Source of the DNA: Patescibacteria group bacterium
Lineage (GTDB): Bacteria > Patescibacteriota > Doudnabacteria > UBA920
NCBI GenBank assembly: GCA_036726225.1
Contig: DAIMCS010000001.1
Coordinates: 69,776 to 133,775, forward strand
Length of the DNA stretch: 64,000 nucleotides
Reading direction: 5' to 3'
In this document: one piece after another, positions 19,078 through 28,430 of the stretch
Layout: each line of letters opens with the position of its first letter
How positions within the stretch are numbered: position 1 is the first letter of the stretch
Translations under genes and position numbers: made by a program
Notes under the pieces: generated by a model
Seen by the model: only the letters and a program-made list of their open reading frames with translations
Databases searched by the model: none
Told to the model about the DNA's origin: nothing

Positions 19078-19431
19078 TTATTGTTTATAATTATCCAACC
19101 ATTCCAAAATTATTCTATTGTGCCTGTCATCTTTCCTTGACTCCACAAAATGCGGCAAAAAATATTTTCCTTGGTTTCCCTTCAAAAAATTCTTTAACTC
19201 TTCTATGCCGCCTAGCGAATGAATTCGTTTTTTAATTTTATTCTCAAGTGATTCTTTCATTTTCATACTTTTCTCATCAGAAAAATTTTCTTTTTCTTCG
19301 TCCATCAAAAGTAAATTAAAAACTTCCTGAAATACCTGCTTAACTTCAGCCACAATCGGGTCTTTCGACTCAGGTTGATAACTTCCTTTTTCAATATTCA
19401 TAAATTTATAATTTCTCCCAGTTAAATTCAA
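19078..19431 (-). CDS. Hypothetical protein, probably starting at the ATG at 19401. It is translationally coupled between the trmB-like gene and glmS.
   Basis: ORF track. 2-4 nt gaps to both neighbours. Confidence 0.4.
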   Translation of the reverse strand: MNLTGRNYKFMNIEKGSYQPESKDPIVAEVKQVFQEVFNLLLMDEEKENFSDEKSMKMKESLENKIKKRIHSLGGIEELKNFLKGNQGKYFLPHFVESRKDDRHNRIILEWLDNYKQ

Positions 19432-20158
19432 AAATTAACTTCTGCGTCTCATAAATTGCTTCATTTTGAATAACTACACCTACCGGATTTTCTTTTTCGT
19501 CCAGTCCCAAATGCGCAACTTTTCCGGCGTAAATAATTTCATGGGTAGACTTTATGTCTTTTCCGCCCGTTGGCATTTGCTTTCTTTCATCCAAACCCGC
19601 CAACTGCCCGCCTTCACCCAGGGAAATAATTTTTACGCTAATTTTTTTTGCAATGCGTTTTTTGCTAAAATCCGGCATAGCCTCGTAAACGTTCTTGCGA
19701 TCTTTTACAGTTGAGGATGAATATAAAGAATATTCTTTATTTTGAAGTTTGGCGACTTCTTGTAAAACATCTTCCAAAATTAATTTAATCCCTTGTCCGC
19801 CTTCGTACAATTTTACCGCCGGCTTGCCTCCCTGTTTTTCAAACAGGGTCTTAATAAGAGGTAGGCTTTGCTCAATGTGCCCACGGACTTCGTCTAAACC
19901 TTCTTTTTTCTGGTCTATTGCAGCCAGTAATTTTTCCGGCGGCTCTGCAATAAAATATTGTTTGGACTCTTTATTGTAATAGGACACTATGCCCATATCC
20001 ATTAGCGCCTTTAAAATATCGTAACTTGTGCCGCGGTTAACTTTGGACTTGGCAGATATTTCCCTAACAGACGAAGGCCCAAGTTCAATAAGCGCCAAAT
20101 ACACGGCAATTTCTTTTTCCGAAAGTCCGAAGTTCTTTAAAATGACTTCTATTTGCAT
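19406..20158 (-). CDS. TrmB-family HTH transcriptional regulator
   Basis: N-terminal LSEKEIAVYLALIELGPSSVREISAKSKVNRGTSYDILKAL. Possibly a leaderless mRNA. Confidence 0.65.
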   Translation of the reverse strand: MQIEVILKNFGLSEKEIAVYLALIELGPSSVREISAKSKVNRGTSYDILKALMDMGIVSYYNKESKQYFIAEPPEKLLAAIDQKKEGLDEVRGHIEQSLPLIKTLFEKQGGKPAVKLYEGGQGIKLILEDVLQEVAKLQNKEYSLYSSSTVKDRKNVYEAMPDFSKKRIAKKISVKIISLGEGGQLAGLDERKQMPTGGKDIKSTHEIIYAGKVAHLGLDEKENPVGVVIQNEAIYETQKLIFEFNWEKL

Positions 20159-20165
20159 ATTTCAG

Positions 20166-20194
20166 ATAATACTCCTTGATTTATATCTTGTCAA
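20166..20194 (-). promoter_or_regulatory. Consensus promoter TTGACA-N17-TATTAT immediately upstream of the trmB-like ATG (leaderless)
   Basis: Reverse complement of 20166-20194. ATG about 7 nt after the -10. Confidence 0.55.
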
Positions 20195-20226
20195 GATTTT
20201 TCCTGCAAAAAATGTGCATAAATTAA

Positions 20227-20254
20227 AATAACCCTTATATAAGGGTTATTTTAA
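20227..20254. terminator. Perfect palindromic hairpin AAAATAACCCTTATATAAGGGTTATTTT
   Basis: Seen directly. It lies downstream of the methyltransferase gene. Confidence 0.6.
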
Positions 20255-20282
20255 TTAGACATTAGATATATATTGCCTACAA

Positions 20283-20813
20283 TTATACCCTATACACATA
20301 AATTTCGTGCTCTTTGGGCAAATGGTATTTTTCCGAATGTATCATATTCGGAAAAGGAAAATCGCGTACTACTGCCACACTGCCCGGTTTCATTTCTGCT
20401 CTGAACTTGTCACAAATCCTGCCCATAAGATGCGGGTATAAGTAGCAGTAAATAATATTTGCCTGCGACCAGTCTTGTTTGAAAAAATCACGCCGTATAA
20501 ATTTGGCTTTGGAGCGCATAAGAATCTTTTGAATGCGAGCCCATAAATGGGTCCACAAGGTTAACTCATAACCCGTAACTTGTGCGCCCGACAACTTTTC
20601 AACCAAAAACACAACTTTCCCGTTGCCGCTGCCTAAGTCATAAAAAGTATCTTTCGATGAAATCTTAAGTTTGTCGACAATTAACTTAATATCGTCAGCA
20701 TAAGTTGGCACAAAAGGCACGCGGGTAATTAAAAAACCAATAAAGGCGCTGGTAACTACAAAAAGCATTAAGATCGCAAAAAATAAAAATAAAACCAAAA
20801 TAACTGTAAACAT
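20283..20813 (-). CDS. Class I SAM-dependent methyltransferase with an N-terminal TM helix
   Basis: FYDLGSGNGKVVF motif I. Confidence 0.55.
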   Translation of the reverse strand: MFTVILVLFLFFAILMLFVVTSAFIGFLITRVPFVPTYADDIKLIVDKLKISSKDTFYDLGSGNGKVVFLVEKLSGAQVTGYELTLWTHLWARIQKILMRSKAKFIRRDFFKQDWSQANIIYCYLYPHLMGRICDKFRAEMKPGSVAVVRDFPFPNMIHSEKYHLPKEHEIYVYRV

Positions 20814-20835
20814 GGCTTTATTATAACATAATAAA

Positions 20836-20866
20836 AAACCCTCGCTTTAGACGAGAGTTTTTTATA
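20836..20866 (-). terminator. Hairpin flanked by A/T runs, downstream of 5S rRNA (end of the rRNA operon)
   Basis: AAAAAACCCTCGCTTTAGACGAGAGTTTTTTAT. Confidence 0.55.
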
Positions 20867-20870
20867 AATA

Positions 20871-20984
20871 AGGCAGCCACCTACTTTTGCACATACATGC
20901 GTATGACTATCATTGGCCCGTGCGCGTTTTACTTCTGAGTTCGGGATGGGATCAGGTAGAGCCGCGCTGGAAATGCCACCCTCG
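20871..20984 (-). rRNA. rrf: 5S ribosomal RNA (ends approximate)
   Basis: The reverse complement contains CCTGATCCCATCCCGAACTCAGAAGTAAAACGC and ...AGTAGGTGGCTGCC, matching the 5S loop C and helix I regions. Confidence 0.65.
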
Positions 20985-21055
20985 TCGTACTTTATTCCGG
21001 GCTTTCGTCCCGATTTATAATCGGGACTCTCGCCCTCCATAAAGTACTCCTCTTT

Positions 21056-21107
21056 CCAAAAAATCCGTACTCGCTCGCTTACGCTCGCTCCGTTCCTGAT
21101 TTTTTGG
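21056..21107 (-). repeat. Copy C of the hairpin repeat, in the 23S-5S spacer: CCAAAAAATC-AGGAACGGAG-[CGAGCG TAAG CGAGCG]-AGTACG-GATTTTTTGG. A related hairpin GTCCCGATTTATAATCGGGAC lies at 21009-21029.
   Basis: Seen directly. Same orientation as the rRNA. Confidence 0.65.
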
Positions 21108-21453
21108 AATCTTGGATAAACCTTTATGGAATAAAATTCAACGAGGATGCACTTAGTTTATGGTCTTATTGCGTTTACTGAATTTTGCGTGGCTATAAAG
21201 AATGCTGCGGTTACAAGCAAAATTAACAAAATAACGCCATAAACCTTTAAGTGTTGTCTCATTGTATATACAAATTAACAAATGGCACAAATGAAACGAA
21301 TAACCACAAATCTGTTAATATCAGTTTCATTTGTGCATCCGTATATTTGTATCTTACACACTCACAAATTGCTAGTCAAAAAAGTTAAAATTTTCGATTG
21401 ATTAGTACTGCTCGGCTGAACACATTACTGTGCTTACACCTGCAGCCTATAAA

Positions 21454-21518
21454 TCAGTAAACAGTTCACAGTACGCAGTATACAGTATTGCTACTGTCTA
21501 CTGTTTCCTGTTTACTGA
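21454..21518 (-). repeat. Palindromic hairpin insertion TCAGTAAACAG...CTGTTTACTGA in the 23S 3' domain
   Basis: Absent from the E. coli-type sequence between conserved blocks. Confidence 0.5.
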
Positions 21519-21865
21519 GCACTGATGAAATACGCGGTAGTCTTCCGCGAATCTGTATTATGTATTGCTACATAAAACGAAACCTAGTTTTGTAGACGGC
21601 TTCACGCTTATATGCATTCAGCGCTTATCCAAACTAGACCTAGCTACCCCGCCATGCCCTTGACAGGACAACGGGTACACCAGAGGTCTATGCATCTCGG
21701 TCCTCTCGTACTAGAGATGCGACTACTCAAGTTTCGAACACCCACAGCAGATAAGGACCAAACTGTCTCACGACGTTTTGAACCCAGCTCGCGTACCACT
21801 TTAATATGCGAACAGCATAACCCTTGGGAGCTTCTTCACCCCCAGGATGTGATGAGCCGACATCG

Positions 21866-22362
21866 TACATAATCCATACTTTCGTATGGGGCAGACTATA
21901 TCTTGTTCTTGTCAGCGGTTTTAGGATCTGTCTCCATAACCTGCTTTTTTTTGACAAGACTCGGCGTATTATGGAAACAAGTATTAGGTATTATGTATAA
22001 CGTATTAAGCGCTGCAGACTGCAGTCGCCTTATACCTTATACTATATACTTTATACCTGCTTACATCTTCCCTTTCGGGTCAGTCGTTACGGGGTCAATG
22101 ACTAGTATTACGTATTATGTATAAAGTATTAGGTGCTGCAGTTGCAGTCACGTTATACCTTATACGTTATACTTTATACTACCCACGACTTCCCACGGTG
22201 TTGCCGGTTACTTCTTGTTTCCACTTAAGTAACTACGGGTTCACCGTTATAAGCCGAATTTATTTTCTTAGAATTATTATCACTCCGACTATTACGTCGG
22301 AGCAGACGGAACTAAGACACTTAGGTATGAGATTGCTCTCAAAGCACCCCGATTGATGGTTA
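21866..22362 (-). other. About 500-nt insertion in 23S domain V. It sits between ...GGTTTGGCACCT and CGATGTCGGCTC, next to the peptidyl-transferase centre. Its AT-rich interior contains two large palindromic hairpins built from GTATAA/GTATTA hexamers around GCTGCAG..CTGCAG loops.
   Basis: Conserved exon-like blocks were identified on both sides. The insert does not end in G, so it is not an obvious group I intron. Confidence 0.6.
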
Positions 22363-23103
22363 AGGTGCCAAACCCTCTCGTCGATGTGGACTCTTGGAGA
22401 GGATCAGCCTGTTATCCCTAGAGTAACTTTTATCCGTTGGGCTTTGCGTCTTCCACTCGAACGCATCGGATCACTAACTTCCACTTTCGTGCCTGCGCGG
22501 GTCGCCGCCCTTGCAGTCAAGCATGCTTATGCGTTTGCACTATCGGCATGATTTCCATCCATGCCTAGCATACCTTAATAAACGCCTCCGTTACCATTTA
22601 GGAGGCAACCGCCCCAGTTAAACTACCCACGAGCCACTGTCCCAAAGTAGGTTAGACTTTGGTTAGCAATTTCACTTCTACAGGGTGGTATTTCACCTGT
22701 TGCCTCCATTTCAGCTGGCGCCGAAACTTCAAAGGCTCCCACCTAGGCTAAACAATAAAAATAAAATTGCAATGACACGCTATAGTAAAGCTTCATAGGG
22801 TCTTTCCGTCTTGCTGCGGGTAGACGGCATCTTTACCGCCATTGTAAGTTCATCGGAATGTTCGTTAAGACAGTCCTCTACTCGTTATGCCATTCGTGCG
22901 GGTCGCAACTTACGCGACAAGGAATTTCGCTACCATAGGACAGTTATAGTTACTGCCGGCGTTCATCAGGGCTTGGCCAACCACCTTGCGGCGGTCGGTT
23001 TAACCTTCTGACACTGGCCAGGCATCAGCCCGTATACATCAGCTTAACGCTTTAGCACGGACCTAAGTTTTTGGTAAACAGTCGGGAGAGGTCTTTTGTT
23101 GCA

Positions 23104-23417
23104 GCCTAAGTCTTTACTTTTTGGAAGTGATGCTGTTGATAAACCCATTTTTCATATGTTAGAAAATGGATTAGTATATGAATAGCATCGCTGATCGTAA
23201 ATGAAAGAAAGGGAGGATCCAAGATGACGCCAACGGTATCAATTATGGTCGGAATAGCGCTGTGTCTATTCGCAATCACCGTTCCGGTGGTTCCTGTTCT
23301 GTGGGACACGCTCAAGGAACGCTAATGCGTTTGATGGCTGTCGAACGGGGTTGCTTCGCAATCCCGTTTTTTCTTTCTTTAAAATCTTTTTCACTTACAA
23401 AAAGTAAAGACTTAGGC
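23104..23417 (-). other. 314-nt insertion in the 23S helix-63 region, bounded by a perfect 20-bp inverted repeat GCCTAAGTCTTTACTTTTTG / CAAAAAGTAAAGACTTAGGC (IVS-like)
   Basis: The flanks match GGCAAAA...GG and GGCTGCAAC...GACGCCTG...GGAAGGTTAA of 23S. Confidence 0.6.
23224..23325 (+). CDS. Candidate 33-aa hydrophobic peptide MTPTVSIMVGIALCLFAITVPVVPVLWDTLKER. It is encoded antisense to the 23S rRNA, inside the IR-bounded insertion.
   Basis: GGGAGG SD 7 nt upstream of the ATG. Intrinsic terminator AACGGGGTTGC-TTCG-CAATCCCGTT followed by TTTTTT at 23344-23372. Confidence 0.3.
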   Translation: MTPTVSIMVGIALCLFAITVPVVPVLWDTLKER

Positions 23418-24087
23418 AAGGTATATACCTAAGGTACACCTGCTTTTTTGCCGAGTTCCTTAACGAACATTGCTCCGGACGCCTTGGGATTCTCTCCCCA
23501 TCCACCTGTGTCGGTTTACGGTACGGACACCATTAAACATGATTACGACGGTTTTCTTGGCACCTTGATTCACACTAATTCCCGTTGCCAGGTTTCTTTA
23601 TACTCTCGAGCTTGAAACCGGCTGCAAGTCCTTTTGGGACCGACAGACAGTAATGAGTTGCGGATTTGCCAACAACTCACCCTACAAGTACAACAACGCA
23701 AATAGTCAGATTACGCTAGTGTTATCATGATGCGTCACGCCTTAAATAATTTAATGGTGGTTATGGAATATCAACCATATTTTCCATCGGGTGAATCCCT
23801 TGGGACCCACTCTTAGGATCGACTAACCCAGGGACGACGATCGTTGCCCTGGAAACCTTGGATATTCGGCGAAGAGGATTCTCACCTCTATATATATTAC
23901 TTATTCCAACATTCTTACTTGTACACTGTCCAGCGCCGCTTACGCATACGCCTTCAGCCTGTGTACAACACTCCTCTACCACCAATGCAATGTTACTCGC
24001 ATTGATCCACGTCTTCGGCACCTAGCTTAGCCCCTATATATTGTCGGCGCAGGATCGCTTGACCAGTGAGCTGTTACGCTTTCTTTA

Positions 24088-24124
<37 letters not shown>

Positions 24125-24517
24125 GGGCAATCCCACATCCTTTGCACTATAGCTAGGATTTGGGGGCCTTAGACGGTGGTGTGGATTCTTCTCCATTTGT
24201 CTCGTGAAGCTTAGACCTCACGGACTGACTGCCGAGATCTTGACCAAAAGAATTCGGAGTTTGGTTGGAGCCTACCGATTGCTCAGCAGGTTTCCATTCA
24301 GTGCTCTACCTCTTTTGGGAACTCTCGACGCTAGCCCTAAAGCTATTTCGAGGAGAACCAGCTATCACCCGGTTCGATTGGAATTTCTCCCCTACGCACA
24401 GCTCATCCCCTATTTTTGCAGCAATAGTGGGTTCGGACCTCCCGTTGCTTTTACACAACGTTCATCCTGGCCATGCGTAGCTCACGCGGGTTTCGGGTCT
24501 AACTCATGCGACATATA

Positions 24518-24603
24518 AGTAGGTATAAAGTATTACGTATTAAGTATTAGGTATCAGGGCAAATGCCGAGATACGTTATACCTTATACTTCATACTTTAT
24601 ACA
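24518..24603 (-). repeat. AT-rich palindromic hairpin insertion in 23S (GTATAAAGTATTACGTATTAAGTATTAGG...ATACCTTATACTTCATACTTTATAC), the same family as 25212-25296 and the pair inside 21866-22362
   Basis: Seen directly. Confidence 0.55.
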
Positions 24604-24721
24604 AACTTATTACGGACTATTCATCCTCGCTTTCACTACACTTTCGTCTTTGTTAAGACTTAAGTAAGCCGCATAAGATTAACTCGTTGGATCATTCTTC
24701 AATAGGCACGCGGTTAGCCAT

Positions 24722-24816
24722 CACAGATACACTGATTTACACTGATTTCGCAGATATATATAGATTTAATCTATATATAAATCTGTGTTATCTGCGTCCA
24801 TCAGAGTATCTGTGAT
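24722..24816 (-). repeat. Palindromic hairpin insertion in 23S (CACAGATACACTGATTT...AGATATATATAGATTTAATCTATATATAAATCT...TATCTGTG)
   Basis: Seen directly. Confidence 0.5.
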
Positions 24817-24878
24817 CGGGCCTTCCACTCCTTGTAAGTATACGGTTTCAGATACTATTTCATTCCCCTTCCGGGGTG

Positions 24879-24919
<41 letters not shown>

Positions 24920-25211
24920 ATATGAGTATTTAGCCTTAGATCTTAGTCGACCTGATTTCCGACCAGATTTCTCGTGTCTGGTCGTACTCAAGAAAAAGTT
25001 AGGAAATTGCATGGTTTTTCGCGATACGGGACTATCACCCTCTTTGGTCCGCCGTTCCAGGCGTGTTCTGCTAAACAGCAAACATAATTCCCTGCCCCTT
25101 TACAGCGGGGCAATAACTTCCACTTATAACACCTAATTAGCAACGACTGTAATCTTTAATTCTCCGCCTTGCGGCTTTGAAAACACTAATTAAGTTTGGG
25201 CTAATAAAGCA

Positions 25212-25296
25212 AGTATAAAGTATTATGTATAACGTATTACGCATCCGGGCAAAAAGCCAAGATACTTTATACCTTATACTCTATACTTTATACAAA
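25212..25296 (-). repeat. AT-rich palindromic hairpin insertion near the 23S 5' domain (GTATAAAGTATTATGTATAACGTATTACG...TTTATACCTTATACTCTATACTTTATAC)
   Basis: Seen directly. Near-identical arms to 24518-24603. Confidence 0.55.
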
Positions 25297-25591
25297 CTCT
25301 ATATACTTCCGCTTTCGCTCGCCACTACTAACGGAATCTCGTTTCGTATTGCTACGAAATTGATTTATTTTCCACGTGCTACTGAGATGTTTCACTTCGC
25401 ACGGTTCCCGCATACTATACCCCACGGCATAGCAGCACATACTCTTCCAGTATGTGGGTTTCCCCATTCGGACATCCACGGATCAAAGCTCTGTTGCCAG
25501 CTCCCCGAGGCTTTTCGTAGGCTCAAACGTCCTTCATCGGCTCATATTACCTAGGCATCCACCGTATACCCTTAACTTATTTTAACTTTTA

Positions 25592-25671
25592 CAAACTGAT
25601 TAACACTTACGAGAACGGATTAACACGGAGTCCGTGTCCTTCCGTTGCCCTCATCTGTGTTCATCTGTTTG
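25592..25671 (-). repeat. 80-nt direct repeat, copy 1, in the 23S leader. It contains the perfect palindrome ACACGGACTCCGTGT. Copy 2 lies at 25892-25971 (78/80 identical).
   Basis: Seen directly. Confidence 0.7.
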
Positions 25672-25891
25672 CTTATATTTGACTAGCAATTTGTGACTAC
25701 CATCCCTCGGCAAGAGTGATGATAAACAAAAAGCTTAAGGATACAATGTTCTAGAATTATCTAGATTAAACTTACATGTCTAAACAACTACTGTTGTTTA
25801 GATCTACCCATAAGTCATCCACGTCTGATTCTAATACGTGGTGACTTATTTTATTTAGTTTTTAAAGATCTGTCCGATTCAAAACCGTAAC

Positions 25892-25971
25892 CAAACTGAT
25901 TAACACTGACGAGAACGGATTAACACGGAGTCCGTGTCCTTCCGTTGCCCTCATCTGTGTTCGTCTGTTTG
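25892..25971 (-). repeat. 80-nt direct repeat, copy 2, in the rRNA leader
   Basis: Seen directly. Confidence 0.7.
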
Positions 25972-26084
25972 TTTTCTTACCACCATATAGCTACTGCTCA
26001 AACCGTTCTGCTAGCCTGATACCCAAAGTAATATTGGTACGCTTAGAGATCCGTGAGCAGTAAATATATAGTGATAAATTTTGA

Positions 26085-26100
26085 TAAAGAGCTATTCTAC
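26085..26100 (-). promoter_or_regulatory. boxA-like antitermination element (GCTCTTTATCA on the rRNA strand). It is preceded by two GC hairpins (26100-26140), a boxB-like arrangement.
   Basis: Similarity to the E. coli rrn boxA GCTCTTTAACAA. Confidence 0.4.
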
Positions 26101-26255
26101 CCCGACGCTGCGGTCGGGGTGCCCCGAAGGGGCACAAAAAAACCGCATTTAGCGGCAGTAAAGGCACAATTTAAATTGGCCGTTTACATAAACCGCTTTT
26201 TGGTGACTAAATTTAATGTTTTTAACATAGGCGCTGCTACCTTTGTTTAATGTAA

Positions 26256-26289
26256 AGATATTCTAAATTATTATGAGGTGGATGTCAAG
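26256..26289 (-). promoter_or_regulatory. Strong promoter TTGACA-N17-TAGAAT on the minus strand with an upstream AT-rich UP-like element; candidate rRNA operon promoter
   Basis: Reverse complement of 26256-26289. About 680 nt upstream of the 23S 5' end. Confidence 0.5.
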
Positions 26290-26444
26290 AGAAACCCTAT
26301 AAAATTTGCCTATTAAATATGCCTTATATAAGAGCTTTTTTATATCCATAAAACACTGTTCCACAGAATAACCACAAGGGTAAGGATGTAGGAATTCGGA
26401 ATTAGGAGATAGACAGGTCACTTATTAATTCCTAATTCCGTCCG

Positions 26445-26473
26445 TTGACTCCCTCCCCGCCTTTTGCTAACCT
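26445..26473 (+). promoter_or_regulatory. STAS cassette promoter P1: TTGACT-N17-TAACCT (extended -10 TGCTAACCT)
   Basis: Same architecture as P2-P4. Preceded by the 11-bp inverted repeat CGGAATTAGGA...TCCTAATTCCG. Confidence 0.5.
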
Positions 26474-26510
26474 CCAAACATTCGAGTTAAAAAACAAAGG
26501 GGGAGTTCAA

Positions 26511-26828
26511 ATGAGCTTTGAGGTATCATTTCCTTTTCTGGTGAAAGTCAGGGGGAGCATTACAACTGAGATAGAAAAAACAAATTTTCTTTCCACACTT
26601 CACAGCCGTGTGCCAAAAGACAGCAATAGGGTGTTTATTGACCTGGGAGAAGACGGTTTAAACGTGACGCCGAAATTAGCTGAAGCGTTGTGGCTCGCAA
26701 AGGAAGTTACTCTTAGGGAACACACGATTGTCTTTCTGGATCGACGAGGTGAAATAAAGAAAACGCTCAATTGCTATAAGGGCATTGGAGACAGCTTTTC
26801 CTACATATCCGATACAAATGAAATATAG
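26511..26828 (+). CDS. STAS-domain-like small protein (105 aa), paralog 1 of 4
   Basis: Start placed at the ATG at 26511, which has a GGGGGAG SD. The ORF-track start at 26445 overlaps the promoter. RVFIDLGE...LNVTPKLAEAL is STAS-like. Confidence 0.5.
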   Translation: MSFEVSFPFLVKVRGSITTEIEKTNFLSTLHSRVPKDSNRVFIDLGEDGLNVTPKLAEALWLAKEVTLREHTIVFLDRRGEIKKTLNCYKGIGDSFSYISDTNEI

Positions 26829-26845
26829 CAACCCTTGTCGCATCC

Positions 26846-26890
26846 AAAACGGCGGGCGGACACGAAATTCGTGTTCCGACCCGCCGTTTT
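26846..26890 (+). terminator. Cassette terminator T1: AAAACGGCGGGCGG-[ACACGAA A TTCGTGT]-TCCGACCCGCCG followed by TTTTTT
   Basis: Conserved outer arms and a covarying inner stem, as in T2 and T3. Confidence 0.65.
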
Positions 26891-26896
26891 TTAATG

Positions 26897-26925
26897 TTGA
26901 CCTCAAGGCAGGCTTTTGCTAACCT
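26897..26925 (+). promoter_or_regulatory. STAS cassette promoter P2: TTGACC-N17-TAACCT
   Basis: Identical to P4 over about 45 nt. Confidence 0.5.
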
Positions 26926-26969
26926 CCAAAGTATCCCGCGCCGCAAAGCACGGTAAAACTGGAGGACCA

Positions 26970-27422
26970 ATGATCTTTAAATTGTCAAAAAAAGAAACTA
27001 ATGGGGTTGTTGTACTGACACTATCCGGTCGCTTAACCAGCCCAGAACCAGATGATGTAATCAATCCGCTACTGGTATTGCGTAATGCTATTGGCGAAGA
27101 AAAAGCCAGAGGTAATAGAAAAATCCTCCTTAATTTGAAGGATGCCACTTATATCAGCAGTGCAGGATTGGGGCAACTGATTACGGCGATAGGAACCATT
27201 ACCCAAATGGTTTGTAGTTCCTGCGGTGTGCCTGTTTCTAGGGACAAAAACGAGAATTTCGAAAAGTGCGCCAACTGCGGCAGTTCGGAACAAAAAAATT
27301 GGGGGCAGGTTAGACTTTCAAATTTACGCCTTCAACCCGAGGACCTAATCAATTTCACCAAACTCAACACTGTCCTCGATATTCACCCCGACGAAGAGGA
27401 CGCACTCGTCAAGTTTACATAG
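26970..27422 (+). CDS. Anti-sigma factor antagonist (SpoIIAA/RsbV-like STAS) with a C-terminal CxxC...CxxC zinc ribbon (150 aa from the ATG at 26970)
   Basis: LSGRL and ISSAGLGQL (the conserved phosphorylatable-serine motif DSSGLG). GGAGGA SD. Confidence 0.6.
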   Translation: MIFKLSKKETNGVVVLTLSGRLTSPEPDDVINPLLVLRNAIGEEKARGNRKILLNLKDATYISSAGLGQLITAIGTITQMVCSSCGVPVSRDKNENFEKCANCGSSEQKNWGQVRLSNLRLQPEDLINFTKLNTVLDIHPDEEDALVKFT

Positions 27423-27446
27423 GCCGAGCGATGACAATCACGAACG

Positions 27447-27497
27447 CAAAACGGCGGGCGGTGTGCCTCTGGCACATCCGACCCGCTTTTGTTTTTG
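27447..27497 (+). terminator. Cassette terminator T2: AAAACGGCGGGCGG-[TGTGCC TCT GGCACA]-TCCGACCCGC followed by a T-run
   Basis: Seen directly. Confidence 0.65.
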
Positions 27498-27499
27498 TA

Positions 27500-27528
27500 T
27501 TGACCTAACGGTAGCGTTTTGCTAACTT
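27500..27528 (+). promoter_or_regulatory. STAS cassette promoter P3: TTGACC-N17-TAACTT
   Basis: Seen directly. Confidence 0.5.
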
Positions 27529-27552
27529 TTTATTAGTGATTAGGAGGTTCTT

Positions 27553-27897
27553 ATGAAGATTGATGAAAAGGTTCTCCGCGTTGTGACTGTTGTTGGAGAG
27601 GAAGAACGAACAGGCCTTGATGAATTGACAAAAGTACTTCGGGAAAATCCAGAAGGCAATACCGTAGTGCTTTTCGACGAGCTGCGCATGAGTCTTCAAT
27701 TCTTCAATGAGCTATGCGACCGCGTAAAAAGCTTCTCCAAGGAGGTCGATGAACATCAGGGCTTTCTTGCAATGGTCGGAGACCGTCTCATATTGAGCGA
27801 CAGAATGAGCGGTAGCGGCATTACAATCTTTCCCACTCTCGAACAGGCTGTGAGCGCCGTTGAGTCCAGCATTTTTCAGCAAGATGACGGTGATTAG
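27553..27897 (+). CDS. STAS-domain-like small protein (114 aa), paralog 3
   Basis: AGGAGG SD. TVVLFDELRMS...GITIFPTLEQAVSAV is STAS-like. Confidence 0.5.
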   Translation: MKIDEKVLRVVTVVGEEERTGLDELTKVLRENPEGNTVVLFDELRMSLQFFNELCDRVKSFSKEVDEHQGFLAMVGDRLILSDRMSGSGITIFPTLEQAVSAVESSIFQQDDGD

Positions 27898-27916
27898 TAA
27901 CCCTTTATCACGAACG

Positions 27917-27966
27917 CAAAACGGCGGGCGGTCTCCCTACAGGAGATCCGACCCGCCGTTTTTTAA
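27917..27966 (+). terminator. Cassette terminator T3: AAAACGGCGGGCGG-[TCTCC CTACA GGAGA]-TCCGACCCGCCG followed by TTTTTT
   Basis: Seen directly. Confidence 0.65.
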
Positions 27967-27968
27967 TG

Positions 27969-27997
27969 TTGACCTCAAGGCAGGCTTTTGCTAACCT
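27969..27997 (+). promoter_or_regulatory. STAS cassette promoter P4: TTGACC-N17-TAACCT
   Basis: Seen directly. Confidence 0.5.
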
Positions 27998-28034
27998 CCT
28001 ATTACCTGTGCGGAGCACGGGTAAAGAGGGGGAA

Positions 28035-28391
28035 ATGATAAAAATCGGGTATATAGAAATCACGAAAGAGTGGATTAACGGTATTATAGTAATTTCTCAT
28101 TCAGGAAGCTTTACCGGCCACAATCTGAACCTGCTTCTGGCTGAATGCCTGCAAGATACAAAGAAGGTCGTGCTGAACCTGAAAGAAGCGGTCATTTATA
28201 AGTGCGGCTTTTCGGAAATAGCTCGCTTCCACAAAGAAAACGCCAAGGACGTTCGGCTGATTGTTGTGGTTGGCCAAGCAGATAAGCTAGCAAAGAAAGG
28301 TAAGGAAATGCTGTTAAGCCAAGACATAACTGTCGATAGCGTCGACGCCGCGATTGAAATCTTAAACCGTGAAGAAGCCCAAGCCTCGTAA
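28035..28391 (+). CDS. STAS-domain-like small protein (119 aa from the ATG at 28035), paralog 4. It lacks the phospho-serine: YKCGFSEIA sits in place of SSAGLG.
   Basis: GAGGGGGAA SD. NGIIVISHSGSFT...VVLNLKEAV aligns with paralog 2. Confidence 0.5.
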   Translation: MIKIGYIEITKEWINGIIVISHSGSFTGHNLNLLLAECLQDTKKVVLNLKEAVIYKCGFSEIARFHKENAKDVRLIVVVGQADKLAKKGKEMLLSQDITVDSVDAAIEILNREEAQAS

Positions 28392-28430
28392 GGGACGGTG
28401 TGCGCAAAAGCACACCGCCCCTTTGTTTTT
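28392..28430. terminator. Bidirectional terminator GGGACGGTGTGC-GCAAAA-GCACACCGCCCC followed by a T-run
   Basis: Seen directly. It lies between convergent genes. Confidence 0.6.

Noticed and set aside
19076-19110. glmS ribozyme upstream of glmS
   Set aside because: glmS starts 2 nt after the preceding ORF. There is no 5' UTR to hold a ribozyme.
20768-21040. 90-aa ORF on the minus strand
   Set aside because: It lies on top of the 5S rRNA gene and its flanks. It is a translation artefact of the rRNA.
21866-22362. Group I intron in 23S at the PTC-adjacent site
   Set aside because: The insertion point is a plausible intron hot spot. However, the insert ends ...GGAUUAUGUA rather than with an omega-G, and I could not see P/Q/R/S core elements by eye. 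I therefore kept it as an uncharacterised insertion.
25592-25971. Possible CRISPR array
   Set aside because: Only two 80-nt direct repeats, 220 nt apart, in the rRNA leader. There is no repeat-spacer periodicity and no cas genes.
26445-26510. N-terminal 22 residues of the ORF-track call 26445..26828
   Set aside because: The ATG at 26445 is the -35 hexamer (TTGACT) region of the cassette promoter. The real start is more likely the SD-preceded ATG at 26511.
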